A stretch of DNA of 64,000 bases from NCBI GenBank assembly GCA_973895155.1, contig OZ316895.1:4777181-4841180 (forward strand), read 5' to 3'. This DNA comes from Marsupella aquatica. Lineage: Eukaryota; Plantae; Marchantiophyta. How positions within the stretch are numbered: position 1 is the stretch's first letter; each line of letters starts with the position of its first letter. The translations under genes were made by a program, and so were the position numbers. The notes under the pieces are model-generated. The model was not told the DNA's origin. It did not search any database and saw nothing but the letters and a program-made list of their open reading frames with translations. Below are positions 12,201 through 24,376 of this stretch, piece after piece.

Positions 12201-15200
12201 CTTTTTCTCTTGCTATGTTTCGAGTAACCGAAGTCCTTCAACTTGTTTGATTGCGTGTCTCTGCTGCCCAACCGAGGATTGTCTTTGACAAAAACAGTCT
12301 CCTCGATAGGTTTTCACCATCGAGATACCTTGTTTTGCCCAAGTTGTAATTTGTCTCAATTTTGTTTCTTATTGTGTTGTGAATGTCCTCAGTTCGTCGC
12401 GAACCCGATAAAGAGGTGGGGTTATGTGAACGATGGTCGCAGAGCAATGATGCTTCTCAAGCATAAGGTTCTAAGCAATATTCTTTTGCGGCGAACGAAG
12501 TTTGAACGCGCTGCTGATCTTACCCTGCCTCCTCGAATGGTGAGTCTCCACGCAAAATTGTTTCTTATATGAAAGTTTAGACCTCTAGCCTGAGTGAAAT
12601 CTGTCGGCATGATTTCTTTAGAATAAAGATTTTCATGTATGGTTGAATTTCTTTCTCAGGGTTTTCTCCGGCGGGATGCATTTGATTCCAGAGAAGACGA
12701 TTTTTATCAGGCTCTTTATACACAGAGCCAGTCGCAGTTCAACACGTATGTAATTATCCTTTATTCTTTTTTCATGGTTGTATTCTGACCTTTCTGGATG
12801 ATTGAGGTCCTCTACTCCCCGTCTATGACTCCGATACTTTGTGAATAATCCGTTGTAAATGTGCCGGATACAATAAAGGCATCGGCTGTTGGTTTTCACT
12901 TGCTGATCGTGGTGCGCAGATATGTATCTGCTGGCACACTCGTCAACAATTATGCCCATATTTTTGACCTTCTTACTAGGCTCCGCCAGGTCAGTATCCA
13001 TAGTCATAACTGCCTTCTTCCATGACACAGAAAATACCACATATGGATATCATCTTTTTGGCAGTAAGGGATTATATACATTCCCTTACTCTGGAATGTA
13101 CTTTTCTGTGAATAGAAACAATTTTTGATTTCGCTTATTTGTAAAAGGAAACGGACAGGTAGCATTCAATCTGCTAGTTCACTCTCTCACCAAGTCGGAA
13201 TTCGTGTGATTCGGTCTTGTTCGATAGGCTGTCGACCACCCTTACCTGGTGGTATATTCTGCAACTTCACACAAAGAAGCACCTTCATTTGAGTCCGCAG
13301 CGGGAGAAGATTTATGTGGATTGTGCCATGAGTCTGCCGAAGATTCGGTGGTAAGTTGATTGCTTCCTTGTCTGCTTTTTCCGGATATTTCTTTTGACAG
13401 TTCAGGAATAGAAGATGAGCTAATCGTTTGTGTTTGCTTGGAGTTGAGGGTTTTCGCAATATTATTCATGAGAAAGAGAGTATTTCGTGGCATTCAACTT
13501 CGGAGTTAGGGTATTCGGTCAGACACATACTGACTCAAATGTTGTTGGTCTTGATCATTGTTTTGCGCCAGACCACTGGGTGCCACCACAATTTTTGCCG
13601 ATCTTGTATCCAGGGATACATCGATGCAGCTCAAGGGTTAACTTCTCAATGCCCAAAATGTCAGAAGCCTCTCACAGTTGACTTCAATGGGAAGAGTGAA
13701 GCAAACGGAAAGGACTCCGCAACGCAGAAGGTTTATAAGCGAAAGTCTATTTTAAATCGAATAGACCTTCGACAGTTCCAGACTAGCACAAAGATAGAAG
13801 CTGTGGTACGTTTGTATCTGGAAAATATCTTTAGCTTTCTTTTGCTCAGTAGTTATTTTGCCGTGGAGACAAGCTCTGCAGCTAAATTGGTTTCTTTTCG
13901 CTGAAATGAATTTTAGGTCAATTTTCCAGGGTCCTGTCGATTGTAAGGTTTGAAAGAATATCTTCTTGATATCTCATCTCATATAACAGAGAGAGGAGAT
14001 CTATCACATGCTACAAAAGGACTCAGCAGCGAAGGCAATCATCTTCAGCCAGTTTACCTCGATGTTGGACCTAATTGGCTATGCTCTTGAACAGGTGTTC
14101 AGCTCTTATATGATTAACCTGTGATTTGTCTTTATTTGGTTTGTAAAGCTTTTAGATTTACTTTTTGAATCCTCAATTTGCTTTACCAAACTTCAGCCAG
14201 TTTACCTCAATGCTGGACCTAATTGGCTATGCTCTTGAACAGGTGTTTAGCTCTTATATGATTAACCTGTGATTTGTCTTTATTTGATTTGTAAAGCTTC
14301 TAGATTTACTTTCTGAATCCTCAATCTGCTTTACCTTTAACGGATAAAATTTGTAAGACTTCAAATTATTTTAACTATAAAACCATGTCTTTCTTGTGGG
14401 GAGATATATTAGTATCGAAATGCATAGATCTAAGTATAATTGTGTTTCTGACGATTTTGCAGTCAGGAATCAAGTTTGTAAAACTTGATGGGAGTATGAG
14501 CATGGCTGCTCGTGATCAGATGATTGAAGCCTTCAAACTAGATGCTGACACTAAGGTAAATTTTTCAAAACAGAATTTGGGGGTCATATTCGACTTCTGT
14601 GAACCCTAGCACACTCCTAAATTTCTGCAGTCCAATTTGCACAGAACCCAGTCCATTACATTGAGAACAAGCAGTAAGGAAGGAGCAGAAGCTCCTTAGA
14701 CATTTAACCCAAATTATATTTAGTATGGACTGTCAGCAGCTTAATATTAACAGGGTGATGTGTCTTCTGACTTTTGATACATTCTACTGTCTTCCACAGA
14801 TCTTTTTAATGAGTTTGAAGGCTGGTGGGGTAGCTCTTAATCTTACAGTGGCCTCTCATGTAAGCTCCAATGTCTTTTTGCATTGTGGATTCTAGCATTC
14901 TAGCGTTCTAGTTTGATTTCGTTTTTTGGTATGTTCTTACAATATTGTGCTTGACGTGGTACAAGAGCTTTATAGGATCTGATTGTCGGATATTTGAATT
15001 TATAACAAGAACGTTGTAATATTCAGGTGTTCTTGATGGATCCATGGTGGAACCCAGCTGTGGAACAACAAGCACAAGATCGAATTCATCGGCTTGGTCA
15101 GTACAAGCCAATCAGGTACACATTTATGTTTTGTTAAGACTATGGATTAGAAGTTTGTTGAAACTTTCTGTAAAGACCAAGCTTTCCTATTTGACAGTAG

Positions 15201-15727
15201 GAGCGGTGATTTCAACTTGCTTTGAATGGGTTGGCCGATTGATTGTCATCACTTACGCAAATGTATTGTTTTCCTCGATTTTAGTTTCACCTGCTAAAAT
15301 CTTCACCTTGGTAAGGCCTTCTTCAATCCAGATATTGATAATTATTCTTGTGAGTTGGCAGGGTGATCCGATTCGTGATAGAAAATACAATTGAAGAACG
15401 AATTCTGAAGCTTCAGGAGAAGAAGCAGCTTGTTTTTGAAGGGTATGATGCTTCATATCAAGCACGTTTTGAGTTTTGATTAACACATTTAATACATTCC
15501 TGCCTTGGTATTAGTTTCTTTTCATTTGTTTTCCTCACCTGATTATTCTTGTTTAGGATTGATTCAGTCTATCCTCCACAGGAAGGTTTATATATTTTCA
15601 AAGGTAGTTAATTTTGCTTCTTTTGAATCTTCTGTTTGTGGGACTGATGACCAGGACGGTAGGGGGTTCATCTGAGGCCTTTGGACGACTTACAGAGGAA
15701 GATTTACGATTTCTTTTCACTAGTTGA
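9268..15727 (+). CDS. RAD16: RAD16-like SNF2-family DNA repair helicase with RING finger (16 coding exons)
   Basis: Motifs [28 protein letters not shown] (Walker A), RIILDEAH (DEAH across exons), [26 protein letters not shown]...CHHNFCRSC...[58 protein letters not shown]. Phase-consistent GT-AG exons: 9268-9430, 9666-11203, 11471-11593, 11913-11986, 12097-12166, 12393-12539, 12660-12745, 12920-12989, 13228-13350, 13572-13805, 13990-14094, 14463-14555, 14800-14859, 15027-15115, 15362-15442, 15655-15727. The start codon is uncertain because an acceptor at 9241 implies an upstream exon, probably UTR. Confidence 0.95.
14043..14336 (+). repeat. 148-bp tandem duplication spanning the 3' end of RAD16 exon 11 and its donor site
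   Basis: 14043-14188 is repeated at 14191-14336 with a few substitutions. Confidence 0.95.
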
Positions 15728-16240
15728 AAGTGAGAAGTTGGAGGGAAATTATCTGAGACCCCTGAGAGATTTACAGAAGAAGATCTGCGGTTTCATTTCA
15801 ATATCAATGTGAAAAGTGGCAGATGAAATTTTTTTTGTAATTAGATTTGAAACTCATCCATGATCAAATAGCCTTTAAATCTATACATGCATGAGTTTAG
15901 CAGTAAGGAGAACATTCTTTGGTAAGTGAAGGGAAGGGCTTTGACATTTTACGGCACTTTCCCAAGGCACACATGTGAATACAATTTTGTTCACTTACCC
16001 TTTCTATGTGATTCGAACTCCTCAATTAACAAATCAGTCACTTGTTCCAGTTATCTACTTAAGTTTATCTTTTCCAACAATGTTTGAAGTTGGGTTGTTT
16101 CATACAGTCTCTTTCTCTCACATTGGGACTGATTTCAATTTAATGCATGCAATTGTTTGACAGTGACTCATGGAGCACTGAAGTGATCCATTCTTAGCAA
16201 GACCTTTAGAAGTTCAACCTGAGTGATTTTTGTGTCAGCT

Positions 16241-16700
16241 CCACAACCAGATTAGTCATAGCACCCCAATCCCAGTGGTAAAAATAGGTCTCCACAATCA
16301 GATTAGCTATAGTGAGTGGGGCCTGAATCCCAATCCCAGTAGAAAACCCTGTCTATAATAACAGATTAGTTATACAAGTTCCAGAACCAGATTAGTCATA
16401 GCACCCCAATCCCAGTGGTAAAAATAGGTCTCCACAATCAGATTAGCTATGGTGAGTGGGGGCCAGAATCCCAATCCCAGTGGCAGAGAAATAGGTCTAT
16501 AATAACAGATTAGTTATACACCCAATCCCAGTGGCAGAAATGGGCTGGACTAATTATTTACAGTTGGGGCCTCACAGCCAAATCCCCAAGACAGAAAACA
16601 GTTCTCCGGGGCCGCCAAGTCCCAAAGACAGAAAACAGTTCTACACAATCAGATTAGTTATGGACTTATGGCCTGACACCTCAATTCCAGTGGAAGAAAA
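16241..16700. repeat. Higher-order minisatellite (~140-bp duplication built from CAGATTAG...CCCAATCCCAGT subunits)
   Basis: 16241-16380 is nearly repeated at 16381-16520, and degenerate subunits continue to ~16700. Confidence 0.85.
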
Positions 16701-16872
16701 CAGGTTTCTGTTATATGCATCACGCATGTTAGGAAGCTGTTTCTCCGCACATTTATTTGACTCTTCTACTTAGATATATTAAAATTATATTAATCTTTGC
16801 ATAGTACTTTATTCCCAGATTGCCCTTACCCATGCTAATGTGGGATTCATATAGAATAGTTGCTTATGGGCC

Positions 16873-16875
<3 letters not shown>

Positions 16876-16914
<39 letters not shown>
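16876..16914. repeat. (TA)n microsatellite
   Basis: About 19 uninterrupted TA units. Confidence 0.95.
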
Positions 16915-16917
<3 letters not shown>

Positions 16918-17276
16918 TATTTCATTTATTTTTTTATCTCTCCCTATATGGTCCAGGAACAAAGTCTTGCTCGGACCCGCCCCCCTACGGTAATACAGGA
17001 ACTCACTCTGTGCCTACTTTTGGTTCAAGGAGCCATCTGAACTCTGGTTCTTAATTATTTCAAAGAACGAAAAACACAAAAACATATTTGATAATTATTA
17101 AACAGAATACTCTAAGACGAAGGGTAAATGCACAAACGCATGCTGGTGTGCTTCGTGCCCGTCGAGGTGAAAAGGCGACAAGGTCTCGATTGGAGCTGTA
17201 AACTGCATGGAAGCTGATTACCCTACTCTTTGGGGACAATTAACAAAACGATATCTCAAGGCACCAAAAACCAGCC

Positions 17277-17695
17277 TGGTAAATGATAAATTGTTTGTAA
17301 GGCAGCCCAATGGTGAATTATGAATGATGAAACAAAACAGTCCATCTGAATATATTGATACCGGCTACAAGCTAAATTGTTTGAAGTGATGACATGTGGG
17401 TGGTGCTAAGCTCGAAGAATGTGCAATGTTAGGAAGCTTGGTAAATGGTACAATTGTTTGTAAGGCAACCCAATGGTGAATTATGAATGATGAAACCAAA
17501 CAGTCCATCTGAATATATTGATAGCAGCTACAACCTAATTTGTTTGAAATGATGCCAAGTGGTTGGTGCTAAGCTCAAAGAGAATTTAGTGTAAAGCCCA
17601 ATGGTGCACTATGAATGGTGAAACCAAGCAGTCCATCTGACTACATTGATACCAGCTAAATTATTTGAAATGATGCCAAGTGGTTGGTGCTAAGC
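17277..17695. repeat. Tandem array, ~160-bp unit, ~2.7 copies
   Basis: CCCAATGGTG.A.TATGAATG.TGAAAC.AA.CAGTCCATCTGA...GGTGCTAAGC recurs three times. Confidence 0.85.
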
Positions 17696-17831
17696 ACCAC
17701 TAAAATTTGGTGCAAAGTACAAGGCAACCACACTTATGCTATGCAAGGCATAGATATAACACACTTTTGCTTAAACTCAAGCACAATTAATGCCAAGCCC
17801 AAAGCAACCACAAGTTGTGACTTCAAGATGT

Positions 17832-18185
17832 AGCCAAGTACTTTGTGCCAAAGTTGTGACTTCAAGATATGGCCAAGTATGTCAAACGTAGAAATAACAT
17901 ACAAATGCTTGAACTGAGTGTCATGAAAATCAAGCTAAGAGTGATCTACTCAAGCTAGTAATACTATCACCAGCCAAGTACTTTGTGCCAAACATAGAAA
18001 TAAGACACAAATGATTGAACTAAGTTTCCATGGAAATGAAGATGAGAGTGATCTAGTCAAGCTAATAATACTATCATCAGTCAATTATATTGTGCCAAAC
18101 ATAGAAATAACACGCAAATGCTTGAACTGAGTGTCATGGAAATGAAGATGAGAGTGATATACTCAAGTTAGTAATAGTGTATCGC
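17832..18185. repeat. Tandem array, ~100-108-bp unit, ~3 copies
   Basis: CAAAC.TAGAAATAA...CAAATG.TTGAACT.AGT...AGAGTGAT...TCAAG recurs at ~17883, 17988 and 18096. Confidence 0.85.
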
Positions 18186-20720
18186 GTGTAGCCACATGAT
18201 CTTTTGTAAAAATTTACTAGTTTGTTTGTTGGAGCTCTCTTGTGCCACCAAGGCTCAACTAGTGCCACAAAGTATTTTCTCTGTGATAGTACTATTTTGC
18301 ATATCACATTGGACAGCAATTCATTATTTCTTTGCCTTGTTTCCAAATATACAAAGCAATAGAGCCTCACCATTGGGTTGCCTCGCTTTGGCCTTTGCAC
18401 CAAATTTTCATCGAGTTTAGCACCAACTATTTGGCATAATTTTAAACAATTTAGTTTATAGCTGGTATTGAGATAGAAAAAAATGACATTGAAATAGAAA
18501 AAATGATGTGTGGACTTGAAAGTTTTAATCACTTTAAAGCTTGTAATATTCTCAAGCATCCTAGTTGAGTTTCGTTTTCCGTCAGTGTCACCTTCCTTTG
18601 TTCTCATTTCCGGATTTTTATTGACAGTTAGTTTTTCTTCCATGAAAACCGGAAATGACACTTTGTGACTTTTGGGATCCTTCCTTTGTGTATCTTTGGA
18701 GGAACACAGATCCATTTTTCCTTAGTTCTCAATTTCTGTTGGAAGCATAGAAGCTCCTCCTTAGGTGCTCCTGTTGAGCCTTGACCTGCTGTGAGTAGAA
18801 TTGCAGACTCCTTCTCCTGTTGAGAAGTTAATACTTAGAAATTTTACCATCATATTTTAAAGTTGGATTTCGATTTGAATTACTCATATGATTCTAGGTA
18901 GCATTGAACTCCTGCTGTTCCAGTAGTCAAAATGGAATGTTTCCTTTCCCATGAGTAATTATATAAATTTGATTGAGAAGTTATCAATTTGACAATCTAG
19001 AAATCTTTGTGTGAGAAGATACCAATTCAAGCATCCTAGTACCGTCACATTTGTTGACCAGAAAGAATTCTTGGTTTGATAGCTAGATCTTCATGTCAAT
19101 TTCTAGTTAATGTTTGATGTCTACTCTAATTTGACCATGTTATGAGCTCTGTTGCATTCTGAATCTTAAAAATCCAGAATCCTGTTGATTTGCTGGGGAT
19201 AGTCATCTTCCATCATCTTTTCTCATGAGTCAATTGATAAGACATTCTCACTAGTCTTTTTCCATGCTTTTCTTTAATTATTAGTTTTTGTGCATTGATT
19301 ATTATCAATCCTCAGGAGAGAGAACTCCTTGGTGAGGTTATGCCAAATCAACATCTTATTTGCTCTTTTTAGTACCAATTCGCTTTTCATTCACTCTTAC
19401 AGGGAACGAATCAAGGTCTTTAGAGGTTAAAGTGTTCTTTAACAGTCTAACCACTCTACCACATAAAATTAGAAGGATTTGAAGCAATTTGAGAGCATTG
19501 TGGAATGGAGATGAGAAGGAACCTAGATTTAAAAAGACTTCAGACTTGTCTTACTTTTTTAGATCGTAAAAACATTTGGATAACTAAGATTAGGTTTCAA
19601 GTCTATAGAGGAGCTTTTTGGTATTTCCAAGGCTGTTAAGGGAGCCTGACATTTGGACTCCCAAAACAATTTGTGTGTCTTTTCTTCTAAGTTTATTCTT
19701 GACCAAATTCTGGGTCTTTCTCTCATGCCAAATTTAGGCTTAGGAGAGAGAATCCAATAAAGAATAAAAATTTGCACCACATTTTGAAATGAATTCATGA
19801 ATTTTACTTACGAAGCTATTGATTTAAGTTTAGAATAATGAATCAGTTGTTAAAAAACATATTCGTATGAATTAATAAGATGAATCTTTGAAATCTAGCA
19901 ATTTGAAGAATTGTATTGAATTTTATGCCATAAAACCGATCTCTATAAGAATGTAAAAAAGTCATGGAAGAGATCAAACCAATTGTCTATTGAAAACAAG
20001 TAGAATCTAAGAAAGACCATACTAGAAGCGTACAAATGAATTTGTTTTAAAACATGACTACGTAAAGATACAAAGATCATAATCTTGCTTCAAGATTTCA
20101 TATTACATAATTTTATTGTAAATCAATTTATTTATTCCTTACGAGAAAAAATCCAGGTGTTTTAAACACAACCCATAATATTATACAATTTAGGGTTGTT
20201 ACACTTACCACAAGCATGCAAGATTTGCGTCATAAGCATACTTATCATGGCTATCCTATTTCACACAAAATGTCCAATGCACATCTGACTTGCTCAATAT
20301 CAAATTGATTCAAATCCTTCCAATTTCAAATTGTCGGAAGGATTTAAAATTTATCAATAAGTTAGGATACTTTGGTAGTTCTCAATTGTGTTTAGGGATG
20401 ACATTGATATTTAGGGCTATCCTCAAGTGGCCCTGCATCTGGCTCCCCAATATCCAAATTGATGATGCCAATTTTTTTCCAAAGTATATGCCATCTTTCA
20501 ATCAGTGTTTCTCAACATAATTTAAGTCAATCAAGGAGTCATTTGTTAATCCACAACAAAAGTGGGAGTTATATGGTGCATGAGAAAAAAATCTCTTCAA
20601 TCCATCCATAAAGAATCCAAAGATTCCAAAGATATAAAAATATATAGATTCAAAAAATATATAATATATAAATATATAGATAAAAAATATATAGATTCAA
20701 AAAACTTTTCTAAGCGGAAA

Positions 20721-21240
20721 ATTTTGATTTGACATGGCCGACTTAAATCACAATGAACAATTCATGTGTAATGCAATTTGGAAAGATCTTGAAGAGACAA
20801 TTCTAATGAGCCTTAGTCAGCTTTTGTTAAAAGTTGAGTGAGTAATTTGAGAAATAGATATTGTAGCACCTATTATAAAAAATTTGCACAACTTTTCTTG
20901 ACAGCAAATTTTTGATGTGACATTGTCAGCTCAAATTGCAATGAAACTCTTGTGTAATACGGATTTGGAAAGATCTTGAAGAGCCAATTTCTAATGAGCC
21001 CGTGACTGTCAACATTAGCTAAGAATTGAGCGAGTAATTTGACTAATAGATTCCGTAGTCTATAATGTAACATTTCCATAGATTTTCTCCTCACAACAAA
21101 TTTTGATATGACATTGTCGACTTAAATTCCAATGAAATCTTATGTGTAATACAGAGTTGGAAAGATCTCAAATGAAGAGACAATTCTAATGAGCCCGTGA
21201 TTGTCAACATTAGTTAAGAATTGAGTCAGTAATTTGAAAA
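20721..21240. repeat. Tandem array, ~188-bp unit, ~3 copies
   Basis: ATTTTGAT.TGACAT...CAATGAA...TGTGTAAT...TTGGAAAGATCT...TTCTAATGAGCC recurs at ~20721, 20907 and 21098. Confidence 0.85.
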
Positions 21241-21493
21241 ATACTTTTTGAAGTCTTTGATGTGGAGGTAGACTTAGAATAGAACCTGACCCCATTTTTG
21301 TGGGTTGTGTTGAGCTCCCTAAAAGAAAAATTGCAAATTCAAGCTTCAGTTGTACACAATAGTTTGCCCCTCAATGACCAAGACCATATAGAGAGGAAAT
21401 GGGTTTATTAGAAGAAGTTGTTTTCTTGTCATGTGTATCTGATAGAAGCATGTCATCTATAGTAAGACAACACATTTATGATCATGCCCCACT

Positions 21494-21825
21494 TGTTGGG
21501 AAAAACAACAAGAAACAACCACGAGTATAACCAGTAAGCATGCATAGTCACATCAACACCAAGAGATACGTGGTCCACCTTCGTCAAGGCTACATACACG
21601 GGAACACACAAGAACTTTTCTAAGTCACACAAAGCCTCCTTGCACAAGCTCTCCTAGCACCTAGCTAGCTCCCTCAACAATGAAAATGAGTCTCCAAGAA
21701 GAAGAGCTCTCTCTAGCCCCTCTATATGCTAGATGCAATAGTCACGGCTAATCGCCATTAATACCCTAATGGCGGTTTAGCCTAAGTATCAAGAGGATAA
21801 CCCAAGACTAGAATTAACCCTAACA
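21494..21825 (-). mobile_element. Copia-type solo LTR with 5-bp TSD CCACT
   Basis: Begins TGTTG at 21494 and ends TAACA at 21825, flanked by CCACT at 21489-21493 and 21826-21830. The internal motif GAGATACGTGGTCCACC...GGCTAC is typical of Copia LTRs read on the minus strand. Confidence 0.85.
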
Positions 21826-24376
21826 CCACTACCACTCACGGAAGCATGTCAATAAGATGTAATCAGGGACAATTTTTACAAGAATGAAAACCGGGATGAA
21901 AACACATCATATTCACGGTAAAGGGTTGGTCCACATCACTTCTGTCACCCTAAATGAGACGTTCATGTCAAGTCTGTCAATAATTTTACTGTTGGGTGTG
22001 CAAAATCCATGAGGGACTTGTGGTTCATTTGCTCGGTCCATCAGAGCATCCATTTTTGCTTATGTAATATATTTGTGCGTTGCACAATAGACTTGCACCA
22101 CAACAGTTATCAATGCATAATTGATGTTGAATGTGGAAAATTTGTTGTGTAAGAGTTGTTGTTGTACAAAATATGTACTTTGTAAAAGAAGACATTGCGC
22201 AAAAGATGTTATAATTACAAAATTGATATCGTTACGTCAAGCATATTGTGAGAGAGATGTTAGTGTTTAGGGTTTAGGGTTTAGATATAGTTGTGTAAAT
22301 GGTTGGTGGATTAGCATTTTTATTTGGAACAGATATGGTTGAATAATGTGGAATAGATATGGTTGAATAAAAACGCTAATTGTGGAGAAGATGTCATTGA
22401 CTTGCAAAGATGTTGTTTTGATAATAATGGGGCAAGCTTGAGATAGACAATGCGAGGTGGAGGTTGACAATAATGAGGCAAGCTTGAGACAGACAAAAAT
22501 GTGGGGTGGAGGTTGACTTCCCTCCCTTGTAGGTCCCCCCTTGTTCTCTCCCTCCCCTTCTGTCCTCCCTCCACACTGCCCTCCCTTGGCACTCCTTCAC
22601 CCTCACCCTCACCCTCCATCTCCCCTTCTTCCCTTAGTTTTAAAGTCTATTTAAGAGAGATAGAACTTTAGAGGGATAGAATAGATTAGAGGAAATGCAA
22701 TTTTAGAGAAAAGAATAGTTAGAATGGGATAGTTTAGGAGAGAATAGTCTAGGATGTGAAAAAAAAGATCCTGAACCTTTTGTTTGCATTTTCTAAGGAT
22801 GGACCTTTGGATTTTTGGTGACAACTAGGGATTTGGGATTCTATCTAATTTCTAGTTCAAATTTTTCATTGTATCAAAAAGGAAGAAAGAAAAAGTTCTA
22901 AAGTATTTTTCAAAACTGGTGCCCTACACCCATCCGTGTCCCCAAAAGACAAAAAAGAAAACACATAATTATGGGTATCTACTTATAGAAATTAGGAGTA
23001 TGTGATTTGGAGTTGGGAATATATTTGGATGACACTAATGAAAGTTGTCACTCTGTAATGTAGTGTGACAAATGGTCAATCAATTAACACGTTTTATCAC
23101 AAGAAAACAGAGATTTAAATGACACACTTGGAGAAGCCATACAGAAATAATGAGAGCAAGACATTACATGACAATAATTATTAATTAATGAGGAGGGTCC
23201 CTATCCGTAGGTGAGGATTACTCCTCCTCAGCCACCTTGCACTATTGATGTGCGCACATGCACATGAGGATAGCACTTGCCTGGGGAGGCAGGTATGGAT
23301 AGGAGTTAGCAGGACACAGCTAGCTTGCTTGCAACGGTCAATATGAAGGGTGGATAACATGAATTTTGGTAGATCTAGGGTCAGGAAAAAATGTAATTTA
23401 AATCCAACGGCTGAAATTGAATCCCACCAATTTTGCTTTTGTAAATGGAAGAATGACAAAAATTGGCAGGATAGTCTATCATAGTTGTAGATATAGTTTA
23501 TGACTTAAAATAGGGTTTAAAGAATTTATTGCCAAGCACAGAAAAAACTGGCTGGGACATAATTGGATGTCTGTCCATGTAAGACATTTTTAACATAGAC
23601 TTACTAATCCATCAATGCAACAAAAAGGACTGAGAATTATGCCATGGTGTACCTCCATTGAGGTGTCATGGTTCATGAGGGTTGCAGGCTTCAACTTCAA
23701 AAGGTAGGGCCAATTCGAATTCCATATCAGCCTAAAATTGAAATATTCTCAGATTTTACGATCATGTGGTTCTGGTCCAAGAACACTTGGAAGGTCTTTC
23801 AAGAACTCACAAAGTAGATTTGTAAGGGTTTAACTAAACAAAATTGCATTGTTTGCTACCGGTCCAGTCTCTGATTTAGGAATCTGTAACTCTGACCCAT
23901 ACCTTAGAGTTAAAGGTTGAGATAGACTTGGCCAACAAAATCTGAGTTAAATTACCTTGATAATTCCATTCGAGTGATATTACGAGGAAGGTTCTCTATT
24001 GTTCATAGTGGAAAGTTTCCACAGAATGTTGAATCTTTCAGAAATATATTGGCAGATGGTTCGATTGTGCCATGTGAGCACTCCCAACAAGCTTAGGGAT
24101 TTAGTGTTGGTCAAGTTGATTTATCTTCATATTTGGATTGAGAACGCTACAGAATGAGATTCCTAGCAGGACTCTCATCCTTGGCCTTGTAAGCCTGTGA
24201 CAACAAAAATCTGCCTAAGAGGCCTTTCATAGGCAACACGTACATGTCAATCATCAGAAAGACCTCATTTCGTTCCTAAAGTAACACATGCCTGGCTCCG
24301 AGGTTGACAATCTGTCAAGATCAATAGTTTTATTGTAATTTCGGTAATGGAAACAAATCAATTTAGGATTGAAGAA

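Noticed and set aside
18134-18715. 193-aa minus-strand ORF
   Set aside because: AT-rich, runs into a tandem array and has no domain motif; at most a decayed TE remnant.
21445-21851. GAAGCATGTCA direct repeats flanking the first solo LTR
   Set aside because: The LTR is already explained by its CCACT TSD, and the remaining interval is too short to be a convincing separate element.
22266-22284. Telomere-like TTTAGGG repeats (also CTAAACCCTAAACCCTAAA at ~48525)
   Set aside because: Only 2-3 units, consistent with interstitial telo-boxes; no evidence of a telomerase RNA gene or chromosome end.
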